In this document: positions 1-11,716 of the stretch, one piece after another
Layout: the number at the start of each line of letters is the position of its first letter
How positions within the stretch are numbered: position 1 is the first letter of the stretch
Assembly: GCA_001643675.2 (NCBI GenBank)
Contig: LSRY02000035.1
Span: 558,001-622,000 of the forward strand
Source of the DNA: Monocercomonoides exilis PA203
Lineage: Eukaryota > Protista > Preaxostyla
DNA: 64,000 nucleotides
Reading direction: 5' to 3'
Program-made: the position numbers and the translations under genes
The notes under the pieces: model-generated
Told to the model about the DNA's origin: nothing
Seen by the model: only the letters and a program-made list of their open reading frames with translations
Database searches by the model: none

Positions 1-2
1 GG

Positions 3-3000
3 AGTTGTGTTGTTTTGAGGGGATGCGAGGTTACTGCGAGCTGTGGGATATCCCCATTCGAACTTATTGAAAGCTGTGGAATTGTTGAAAACATCACTCT
101 GATCCCATCAAGTTCGCTTTCATTTGATACCCCACCACTTTTTTCATCAAATTCCGTTGAGAACGAAAAAGCAGATCATTGCCGTGCCGCTGTCAGTTCA
201 TCGCATTTTTCTTCATTTTGCCTGTCATCTGCACCGTTTTTGGGATCTGCATCAATTGGAAGTCTTTCACTTTCAGATTTGATATTTTTCAACATTTCCG
301 CCAAGCCAACGGAATCTTCGTTGCTGAGCCCTTCCTTTTGTGAGAGCGGATGCACGATGAGCAGCTGCTCATTTTCATCAGTCTGTGATGTGTATGATGG
401 AGGGATTGTGAGATCGATCAACTCACGATCATCCTCGTTGACTGCCTCGAATGCCTCTTTTGTTGGATGCCTAAGAACGAAAAATGTTGAATTCATCGGA
501 AGCGAAGAGGATCCATCGAAGCCAAAGAGACAGAATGTGACAGCTGATGAAGCGAACACTTTCATCTGGTGCGAATGGAATGGATCAAAAACAACTGGGT
601 CAAATAATATTCTTTCAGATAAAGCATCAAATGGAGGAGCTATTTACATGTATAATCTGGCATCAGGAACACTTTCAGTAAAATGTTGTTCATTCAATGA
701 TTGTACTGCACATTGGGATGGTGGAGGAATAATGAGCCGTTCGATCAGTTCAATCAAGATTGAAAACAATTCATTCAATGCCTATACAGCTGATAATTAT
801 CGTGGAGGAGGGATATGTGCTTATTCAATTTCTGCTTGCGTTAGGATAGGCGGTTGCGAATTCCAGAATCGCATTGGAAATAATTATGGAGGAGGGATTT
901 ATCTTTATATTTTTCAAGTTTCTGGATAATCATGTATTGGAACAGAAAGTGGGAAAGGAGAGAGCGCTTGTGTGATTGAATGCTCATTCACTTTATGCTC
1001 ACTTTCAGGTTCATACGGTGGAGGAATGTGCTGTTCGTATATTCCTGAACAATTCAAAATCATGAATATTCAATTTGTTTCATGTTCAACAGAATCAAAA
1101 GGCGGAGGGTTGTGCTATCTTTTTTCTCAATCTTCAGTAACAAACGACTGTATTCTCTGTTCTTATCTTTTTTTTCACGATTGTAAATGCTCGAATTCCA
1201 CCCCATATGGCCATGATGTTGACTTTTCAGAAGACAGCAAAAATTTTTTAAATTTAAATCCATTCTACGAATCATTCACAACAAACACTGATGAAAAAAG
1301 AGTGTGCTACGAGTTTTTTAATGTTAAGGGAAATGAGATTCAGGAAACACAAAAGAAGGAGTGGCTAAAAGACTGGCCGACTCGACTGTTTGTGTCAAAC
1401 AATGGTGATGATTTCACAAAATGGTGTGGAATAAGTGAGTTGGCACCTTGCAAGACAATGGGTCATGCGGTGGGAGCGAGCATGGTGCAGCTGAGCTCGA
1501 CAATCACTTTGCTGGGTGGGAGGCATGAGAGTGAAGGGACAACAATTAGTGTTGGGGAAAAGAAGATTTCGATTGTTGGGAAAGGGAAGGAAGCGAGTGT
1601 GATTGTGACAAATTCTCTTTCTTCAACTTCACCAACACTGTTTAGCATATCTTCTGGTCAGCTGGAGGTGGTGCATGTGGGGATTGATCACAACGCAGCA
1701 AGAAGCTCATCACCGAGTGTGTTTGTGGTGTCTGTGGGGAGCGGAGCTCTTTCGCTGGAGGATGTGGTGATCAACTCCTCGACATCAGGAGGGAGTGGAA
1801 AGACGAAGTGTGTGCTTGAAGTGGCACTGAGGCAGTTGAAGATGATTGACGTGGAGATCAAAGATATGAAAGTGAGTCAACCTTTGTTTGCTGAGCCATC
1901 ATCAGCAGGATCTTCATCAGGAGAGAGTTTGCTGGGGAATTTGACAATTCGGAATGTGAACCGAACCGAAGAAGGAGATGGGGTTGTGACGTCAAAAAGC
2001 GTAAAGGCAGGAGAAACATTTGTGGTGTGGAATACAACGATGGAAGGATGTGAGTGTGAGAACGGAAATGGAGGAGGGATAAAGGTTGAGTTTACTTCTT
2101 CAACAAGCAAAGCCCGAATTGGAACATCAACATTGTACAGTGGAGGAACAACAAAATTCAATCAATGCAAATGCAGTGGATATGGAGGAGGGGTGATGCT
2201 GTGGCTGGCAGATAACTCATTTGATTTTGCGATAACAACAGTGAGTTTTGTTGGTTGTGGCGCAACATTGGGAGGGAAAGATGTGTTTGTGAATGGGAGC
2301 AGGCTAGTGAATGGGACAATAACAGCCACAAAGTTGAATGTTGGACGCAATGTATCTGTTTATGATGAGCTGATGGGATATGATCGGAATGAGGGAGGGA
2401 TGGGAATATACCCTTTGAATGTGTTTTTGGAAGCATTTTCAGGAGCAGCACATGTGGGGAAGGAGGTGAATGGGTATGGAGGATATGACTCATGGTTTTG
2501 TGGGTTTGGGTATTTTCCATGCAAAACGATCACAAAGGCAGCAGAGAACAGATTCAGTTCGTCAAAGAAGAATATTATGTTGGATTCAGGGTTTGAGCTG
2601 GGAGAAGTTGTGTTGATGGCTGGGTCATATGAATGGGAGGTGTATTGTGGGATTAACAAGACGAATGTGAATGTGAGAGTGCCGGGTGGAATGACATCTT
2701 CGTATTTGATAAATGTTCAGAGTGCAAGTTCAATAAAGAGCATTGCGTTCCAAATTCCATTTTCGTTATCGAATGCAACATCGCTCATTTGTTTGACCAG
2801 CGCGTCACTCACACTCACAGGCTGCTCAGTTGCTCATTCATCAGAGAGCACATCGAGTGTGTCCTTTGGACACAGCATTGTGAATGCGCAGAGTGGGAGT
2901 CTGAAAATGGATCGATTTGTGATTGGTGGAGCGCTTGTGTTTGGAGCTCATTCAGCGATTGAATTTTGTGAAGGAATGGCAAGTGTGATATGTTCAGGAT

Positions 3001-6000
3001 GCAATATCAGCGGAATCAAAAGGAATGAGGGAAATGGAGGATGGATGAAAGGAACAGTTGGAACGAGTGGAACGTTGACAGTTGATGGATGCAATGTGAA
3101 TGGGTGCAGTTGTGCTGGTGGAAAAGGAGGAGGAATGTATGTTGGATTGAAGGGAAATGGGAAAGTGGTTGTGAGTGGAACGAGTGTGATTGATGGGAAT
3201 AAGGCAGAGAATAACGGAGGGAGAGGAGGAGGGATGTTTGTGTTGATGGAGAGTGGGGGATGTGGATTGACAATTGGGCAGAATGTGAAGTTTTCAAAAG
3301 TGAATGGGAATGTGGCAACATATGGGAAGGATGTGTTTGTTGATTGTGGGAATGGAGTGTTTTTGGAGTCAAAAGTGAATACCAGCTCATTTTCATTTTT
3401 CACTCCACTGTCAATTCCATCAGATGTGTTGAAGTTGAGTGGGAATGAAAATGGGGAAGAAAGTGGAGTGATTCCACTGTTTGTGTATTTGTGCACAATG
3501 GGAACAAAGGTGCTTGTTGATGGGAGTGAAGGATATGGGAAAGACCACAATCATTGTGGATTTGATGCATTCAGGTGCCAGACGGTTGATTATTGTGCGA
3601 ACTCAAGATTGAGCAGCACTGTGAATGAAATAGAGGTTGTCTCATCTTCGTCAATAACAAAGAAAATAACAGGACCATCATTTGGCGTGAGTATTTCAGG
3701 CAGAATAGTGTCATCAGATGGAGAGAGGACGGGAGTGAATGTGAGTGATGGAGGATCAGACACACAAGATTGGCTTGTTGGATGTTCGAGTTCACTGACA
3801 ATGAGTAGACTTTTATTTGTTGTGAAAGGCCAGCTGAATTCAAGGAGAAGTGCATTCATTCATTCAACATCAACACTCAGTGTGACGAACTGTTCAGTCT
3901 CATTTGAGAGTGGGGCATTGACTGATGGAAAGATAGGATACAGTACAATAGATATGGCAGGAGGTTATCTGATTGTCGATGGATTTGTGATGGAAAGTGG
4001 AGTAACACTGAAGATGAATGGGAAATCGCCAATATCAATAACAAGTGGAGTGAAATTGGAGATATTGAATAGTAGGGTGAGTGGAGTGGAGGTGGAAGTT
4101 GCAGGTGGAAATGGAGGAGGGGGATGTTTGAATGTTGGGATGGGCGTTAATGGGAATGTGAAAATTGAAGAAAGCAATATATCCTCAAGATGCACAGGTG
4201 GAAGTGGAATGAAAGGTGGAGGGATGATGATATCAGTTGGAAGTGGAGGAACATTGAAAGTGAAAGGAGTGAAATTATCAGGATGTACTGTTTCATCAGA
4301 GGATGTTGAGAATAGAGGGAGAGGAATGGGAGGAGGGATGTTTATTGAATTTACAGATGGGATAGAAACATTTTTGATGGTAGGAATAGAATTTGAGGGA
4401 TGCGATGCTTGGAAAGGGAAGAATGTATTTGTTTCAGGATGGGATCTGAGTGAAATTGTGAATGAGGAGCACTTGAAATGGGAGATGAGTCCACAGGAGT
4501 TGGGATCATTGGATGAGTTGTGTGGATGGGAGGGGAAGATGACAGGAGAGGAGGGATATGTGATTCCACTGGTTGTGTATTTGTGGAGGAACTGGAGTGG
4601 AAATGGGTTTGTTTCGAAGGAGGGAGGAGGAGACTTCAGTGGATGTGGGTATTCCGAAGCACCATGCTCATCAATTGACCACTTGATATCACTTCGATAT
4701 TCAATGCTTGGAGAAGGAGAAACACATATTGCCGTTGTGGGATCAGGATTGCTGAGCCATTCCATATCATTTTCTTCTTCGTTGCCACCGGATTCACATG
4801 ATTCAGAGTTGCCACAAGTTGTGATTGAAGGAACAAAGAAAGGGACAAGCGTGACAATTACTGATGAAGATGGGAATGATTTGGATGACTCAATGATATC
4901 GTCAAATGTGAGTTTGTCGTTTGTCAATGTTTCATTCACCAATCCAACTATGAACATGCAACATGAGATATTGATCGAATCATCGGGAACAAATGCCTGC
5001 CTATCTGTTGTGGATTGCTCATTTGGCTCATTGACAGGGATCACAGAAAGTTTTGCATATTGCGTGATAAAAGTGAACGGAGGGAGCGCCACGATTCAGA
5101 GATGCACTTTGAATAAGATCAATGAATTGAAAGGGTTCATCAGTTTCAGCCCAACTGTGACTCAGGTGATTGTTGAGGATGTGAACATTTCATTTGCTGA
5201 AGTGAAAGAAAGAAGTTTGATTTCGGTGACTGTGACTGGAAAGACAAATAAAGAGACAGAAAAAGAAAAATTGAAAGGAAAGAGAAATGGTTGTCTCAAA
5301 AACAACAAACAAGAATTGGGATTTGTGAACTGTTCATTCACAAACATCACATTTGGAGAAAATGGGACAGGAGCATTGAGTGTGGGAACATTTTCAGAAG
5401 GGATGAAGTGCATGGTTGAATCGTGCTCAATAACAAATTGCAAAAGCGAGAATAGCGAGGAAGGAGGAGGGATGAAAGTGGTGCTGAAAAGTGGAGAATC
5501 AAACTTGAAAATAAATGACAGTTCATTTTCGATGTGCAAATGCTCAACATCGAATGGATATGGTGGAGGAGTGATGGTTGATGGAGTCGATCCGAATGAG
5601 CCAGCCGGCAATACATTTGGATCACTTGGGTTGATGATGGAGAACATCCGGTTCGTGATGAATGAAGCGTTTGTGGGGAGGGATGTGTTCATTCGATGCC
5701 ACTCGATTGAAAAGCAGATCAACGAAACACTGTTTGTGCTTGATTTCAATCAGGAAGCACTGAAATCGAACAACTCGATTTATGGGAGAGATGAAATCAA
5801 CAGGGTTGATGTTGATCTGATTCCTCTGATCAAGTTCTATAATGGCATTCAAGTGTTTGTGAATGTGAATGGAGCAGATGGCAGACAATGTGGATCGCAG
5901 GATGATCCATGCCAGAGCATCAGCAATGCAGCAAAACACATTCAAAGAGGGATCATGAATGCCATTGTGATTGAGGAAGAAGGGATGATTGGAGGAGAAT

Positions 6001-8723
6001 GCGAGATTGGAGATGTCAGAATAACTTCGATGAAAAGAAGTGGGGCAACAATCCATTTGAATGGAACGATTGATGAAGTATGGAGTGAGAGGAGCATTGT
6101 GGTGTTTGTGAATGAGTGTGTCATGGAGAAGTGTTTGTATGTGTTTGGAGGAGGATTTGAAGCGAAGTACAGGAACATGATGAAAGCGAAGAATGGAAGG
6201 TTGGAGATTTGTGAATGTGCGCTTGAATCATCTGAACGGGAGCAGAGGCTTGAGTGCTCGATTGTGAGAGTGGAAAGTGGAGAACTGAAAATGGAAGAAA
6301 CAATGTTCAGAGATTTGCGCTTATCAGCACCATTGTTGATATTTTGTGAAGAATTGAGGGTGGTGCTGGATGAAGCAAACCTCACAAACATTGTGTGTGA
6401 AGGGGATGTTGTTGTTGTTGGAGGCAAAGCAGCAGTGGAGGTGAAAGAAATGACAGTTAAGAATGTATCTGCGAAGGATGAGGGAATTGTGATGAAGATG
6501 GATGGAGCAAAGGAGTTGGTGAGAGTTTTGAACAGCTCGTTTGAGGGATGTTTGAATTCGAAGGAGAAAGGGATGATGGTGGAGATAATAGAAAGTGCAA
6601 TTGTTGAAATTGAGATGTGTGTGTTTGATGGGGAGAGAAACGAAGAAGTGGGAAAGAAAAGAAATGAGAAAATGAAAGGAGAAGAGATATGCCAATGGAA
6701 TGGATCAAATGTTGATGTGGAGAAGAGCCATGTGGAGATGAAGGAAACAACAATTCGAAATGGAAAAAGAGGAGGACTGAGCATGAGGGGAGGCAGTTTG
6801 AAGATTGAAGATGGAAAATTCGATAACAACAACCCATCGATTGAGGGATATCCATCTGTTCGAAGAAATGTGAAATGCTCAGATTCTGCGCAATTGAATG
6901 TTGTGAGTGTGAAGGGTGGAGATGGAATAAAAGAAAACACGTCGCTGTGGATTCTGAATGAAGGGTGCGAACTGGAAGGAATTGCGAAAGAGCGAGCTTC
7001 TCCGTTCTTCATCCCAACACTTCGAAATGTTGAAGTGGAAAATGCTGGGAACAACCTGAGGCTCATTTTCAAAAAAACGCTTTTGCTTCCATGCAACCTG
7101 TCATTCCGAGTGATATCACTGACGAACGATGTGGAAGTTATCGACCATTATGTGTTTGAAGACTCTGAATTTGTGGATGAGAGTGAGGTGGATGGCAAAG
7201 TGCCCTTGTCTGTTGTTGCAGATGCACCCCCTGAAACAGAGGTTTCAGTGTCGATACTGTTTGGAAATAAGGAAGCCTCCTTGTCATCAACGCAATCATT
7301 TATTCTGAAGAACAGAAGCGAAACCCAAGGAAAGGGAGATGACAGAATTGTTGAAGGGGGAAATGAAGGAAAATTATCATGTGCTTTGGTTGTAATTGCG
7401 ATATTTGCAGTGCTGTTTCTTGCTGCTTTGATTGGATTTATTTTGTTTGTTTTTCGATGGAGAAAGGCAAAGAACGAAGCGAAAGATCTGAGAGAGATTG
7501 TGAATGATAACATCAAAAAGGATCCGAAGGCATTTGAGATGGTTGCGATGGATGAATCACCCGAGGAGCAGTGGAGGAAAGCGGAGAGGGAGGAAGAGAA
7601 GAAAAATGAAGAGAGGATAAAGAAGAGAGTGTATGAGAAAAGTTTGGGACACTCGGAGTCATCAGAGCATTTGCTGAGTGAGAGTGGATCGACTGAATAC
7701 ATTCTTGGAAAGGATTCAAACAAGATCCCAGAATGGGCACTGGAGAAGGTTGAGGAAGAAGAGATAAGAAAGAGAACACCATCATCATCCATTTCATCCA
7801 CTTCAACCACAGACTCAGATTCAACATTTGTTCGAGGGGAGGATCTGTGCCCCACCACTTCATCCATGTCGAACTTGGTGGATGCAATGGCGTGCTCTTC
7901 ACCACATGAGAAGCTGATTGTGGACCTGAGGGATTCGCTGTTTATACTGCTTCATGGGAGGAACGCGAAGAAAGAGATGGCGATTGGGAGCTTGAAGGAG
8001 AGGGAGCAAACAGCTGTACAGGTTTTATTCTGGGTAGCGAATGGAGCACTCCACTCGTTTGAAGATGAGGAAGATGAACTTCCCTCCTTGTCAAACTTGA
8101 GTCCCCATATTGTATTGTTCTCCGAACACATGGTCATCTGCATTGTGATGCATTCAGACCTTTTATCAGATAACAGTTCTGACTCATCGTTGATCTCTTC
8201 ATCAACTGTTGTCACATCTGCTAGTGATGATCATGATGATGAAGACTCTCTCCCTTCTTCTGCCTTTGAAGATGAGAAGGACAACAGAAAAGAGTGTTTG
8301 AGGTGGAAGGCACCAGAGTTACAGATGAACAAGAAGATGGGGGCAACAAAGGAATCAGTTGCCTTTTCGATTGGGATGATGCTGTGGGAGTGTTTGACAC
8401 TGGAAATCCCGTTTGGAGAATACGAGGCAGAGGTGGCGGGGTAGAAGATTATGAATGGAGAGCGACCTTGCTTGGAAAGGTTAGATGCGAGTGAAATTGT
8501 GAATATTGCAAAGAGCTGTATGGCACAAGAGCAAAATATGCGACCAACACTTGTTGAGTTGAAGCGAAAGTTATTTGAGGGGAGCAATGGAAATGGATGG
8601 GTTGTGACCATCTCAGATGCAATTGGATACGAGATGAATTCGAACGATGGTGAAGAGAGTGAAGAAAAAGAATGGAGGAACAAAAGTGAGGGAGAGCAAG
8701 GAGAAGAGAAAGAAAACAATTGA
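3..8723 (+). pseudogene. Large receptor-like membrane protein (Gly/Cys-rich repeated ectodomain, one TM helix, degenerate TK/TKL-like C-lobe); 5' partial, two in-frame stops
   Basis: ORFs 15..929, 972..8444 and 8451..8723 share one frame, separated only by TAA (927-929) and TAG (8442-8444). The TAG aligns to CAG (24430-24432) in the intact paralog. Repeated GxDxxxCGxxxxPCxTI modules, TM helix at ~7375-7455, and RWKAPE...AFSIGMMLWECLTLEIPF...GERP...RP motifs are present. Confidence 0.75.
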
Positions 8724-9298
8724 ATTTCGGTTGTTTGATTCATTTTAATTCATTCGCATAATGAACGAATTCACAATTGTCCAATGAAGAATTTGATGTA
8801 TTTTTTGTTATGCTTAAAGAATTTGTCAACGATGTTTTGAATACCATAAAAATGCTTTGATTTATCTGTTAGTGTTTATTTTGTTTGATTTACAAATTCC
8901 TTATTGAAGGAATGTTTCTGAATTGATTAGATTTGAGAAAAAGTTGAAAAGAGATTCATATGGCGTTATATTTGGTTGGTAATTTTTTCTGATTGATTCT
9001 AGTTAGCTTGTTCCACTCAGAAAATATTCGACAATTACATTCAAGTCATCAATCAAAAATTTCATGGTTTTATGAAATAAATATTATTTATGTCAATCTT
9101 TCGTTTTTTGTTCATTTTTTAATTAAAATAGGATAACAGTGATTATAATTTATATTAATTTTCTACCGAGAAGCCTTTCCAATTTTTGTATAAATTCTTA
9201 TCTCAATAATTGCAAAAACTCAGCTCGTGTACAACCGAAATAATTAAAATTAACTTGAAAAATGAACGATGCAGAACAATATTTGAGAATAATTGCTT

Positions 9299-11635
9299 CT
9301 AAGAAGATGGCTTCCAAGCAAAAGAAGAAGGCGATGATGAAGAAGGCGTTGACGGAGTAGCAGCAGAAGACGATTGATCAGCAGGAGGAGAAGATCCAGC
9401 TGACGTAGAATAAGTAGAAAATGATATAACATCATTTGAAGATTGAGGAGATGAAGATTGTGCTGAAGTCGTATTTTGACTAGGATTAACTGTCTTTGGC
9501 GAATAAACAAACAATTTTGTTGATGCAGATGATGAAGAAGAAGACCCAGCAGCCGGAGAAGAAGCAGACTGACTTGGCGAGGTCTGTGCTGAGGCGAGTG
9601 ACGATGCAATTCCAGCTGGCAGTGGGGTGGAGTATGTTGTGGAAGAAGGCGGAAAAGGGATGTAGCGGTCGGGGCTTCCCCTGTGCGATGGAGATGTGGA
9701 CGGAGACGGCCCCACTTCATGAGGCAGCGAAGCCAACTTCGCAAATCCTGCTTTGCCCAATGCAGTCAGCGAGGAAAACGTGTCTGGTGCATTTGATGGG
9801 ATAGGAGTGGCATATGACGCATAGTGGAAGTCTTCTGACGAGTCAAAGCTGTGTTTATCTTCCCTTTGAGGCTTCCACACGTTCCGCTTCGAAGATAGAT
9901 CATCTGATTTGAATTCGCCTGCAGCAGAAGGATAAGCAGCGCTTGTTGAAGATTTAGACTGGCTGTCAGCTGAATCCTTTTCGATATTTAGTGTTGTGGA
10001 AGTTCTGTAAGTGTCCTCTGACTCTTTTGATTTATATGTTGTCATCTCTTCATTCTTTTCATTTTCTTTCCCAATTTCCTTTTTTTTATCTTTCTCTATC
10101 CCTTCTTCCTTTTCCTTTCCTTTTTCAAGATCATTCCCGTTCTCATTCTCTTTATCTTTATCTTTTTCCTCCTCTTTCGATTTTTCTGTCGAATCCTCTT
10201 CTTTCATTTCTTTTTCTTGCACAGCAGTCGAATCCTTATCCTTTTCTATTCTTTTTTTAGCTTCAACTTTCTTCCACACCCATCCTTTTGCATCCTTGTC
10301 CTTCTCTTTGTCTTTATCAAAATCTCTTTCTTTGAGTTTGTCGATGCTCCCTTCTTTTTCATACCTTGTCCGTTCCTTATCTCCCTTTGTGCCGGACACA
10401 TACACAAACTCTCTTGGCCTGTCTCTTGCCCTCTGCTTGTCGCCTATTCCTCCTCTATCATCTTCATCTTCTCCTCCTCCGCTTCGCCACTTCCTCCATC
10501 CAAATCCATCTCTATCTCTAAACTGGTCTCTATCTCTGTCTCTGTCTCTGTCCCTGTCCCTATCTCTAAAACCCTCTCTATCTCTATAATTCTCTCTGTC
10601 CCTGAAACTCTCTCTTTCCTTATCATTCTCTCTATCTCTATCTCTATCATAATATCGTTCTCTATCTCTGTTTTGATCTTTGTATCTTTCAGATCCTTTA
10701 TCTTTATCCCAGTTTCCTTCCTCATTTTCTTGTTCATCATCAAAAGATAGTCTCTTTTCTCGATCTTTCCACCCATATTTCCCGTAAGATCGTTGTGAAT
10801 CCCATCCCCCTCTATCCTTCCGCCGTCTTTCTTGAATGGCAGTTGTGTAATGATCTCCATGCGCCCGATAATTCACCATTTCTTTTGAAAAGTTGGCTCC
10901 AATAATTTTTTCTAAAATGACACTATAAGAATAAACAATTAATATCAAAAAAATGACCATTTAATATGAATATTAAATAAACATATGTACACCAATAATT
11001 TTGTTTGACATAAGTAGATGGATGAGATCTTAGCCATATTTGAATCCATGTATGATTGTATTTTGCATGCAGCACTAATCCAGTGATATCATCAGTCATA
11101 TCAACAAAATGTTCGCCTTCGCCTAAAGTCATATTTTCTCCAATTAAAGCGATAAGCTTTTGAATAAAATAAAAATGAAAAGGATAAAAAGAAATATGTA
11201 AGAATGAAATATCAAACAATTTGTTCCCAAGCATATGAAGCAAATTCTCGATCAGATGTTACAAAAGCAAGTTGTGCTCCATTTTCATTTTGAGGATCCT
11301 TATAAAGAAAAAATGAAATTAATTAATCTCCTATTATTTAATGAAATGAGATTCGTACCTCCCAAACAGGCTTAACGCCTTCTTCAAAAAAATGAAGGGT
11401 TGACGGTTCTGGTATTTTAGTGGCTCTTAGAAAAAATGAATAAGCTTGCCAAAATTCCTCGATCTATAGGAAAAAATCGCATAAAACAATTTCGTCAAAT
11501 AAAGCATAAAACCGTGTGCACGGTGCAAAGCGGTATCAGGCTTTCTTCGTATGTCTCTTTCGTGATAGTTTGTGTATCGTACCTTTTCCACCAAAACGTA
11601 AAATTTCGTTGGAGCTTATGATTTTCGCTATTCAT
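9299..11635 (-). CDS. eIF4E: eIF4E-family cap-binding protein with long low-complexity C-terminal extension (5 exons, ~698 aa)
   Basis: Manual splicing (exons 11635-11513, 11463-11359, 11298-11218, 11156-10993, 10922-9299; all GT-AG, phases consistent) gives HKLQRNFTFWW...TIEEFWQAY...LHFFEEGVKPVWEDPQN...AWEQILIALIGE...DITGLVL...IQIWLR...YRAH, the eIF4E signature series. Confidence 0.9.
10500..10670 (-). repeat. Coding hexamer repeat encoding an Arg-Asp/Glu dipeptide tract
   Basis: TCTATC/TCTGTC/CCTGTC units on the + strand translate to RDRDRDRD in the eIF4E tail. Confidence 0.85.
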
Positions 11636-11716
11636 CTGATCGAATTGCATAACAAAAATTTCAAAGATTCGATCACAATACCATAGATATTAGATTACTT
11701 TCATTTTCTATTGAAA
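11636..11716. promoter_or_regulatory. Putative compact bidirectional promoter (eIF4E / NSF)
   Basis: Only 81 bp lie between divergent ATGs at 11635 (-) and 11717 (+). Confidence 0.55.
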
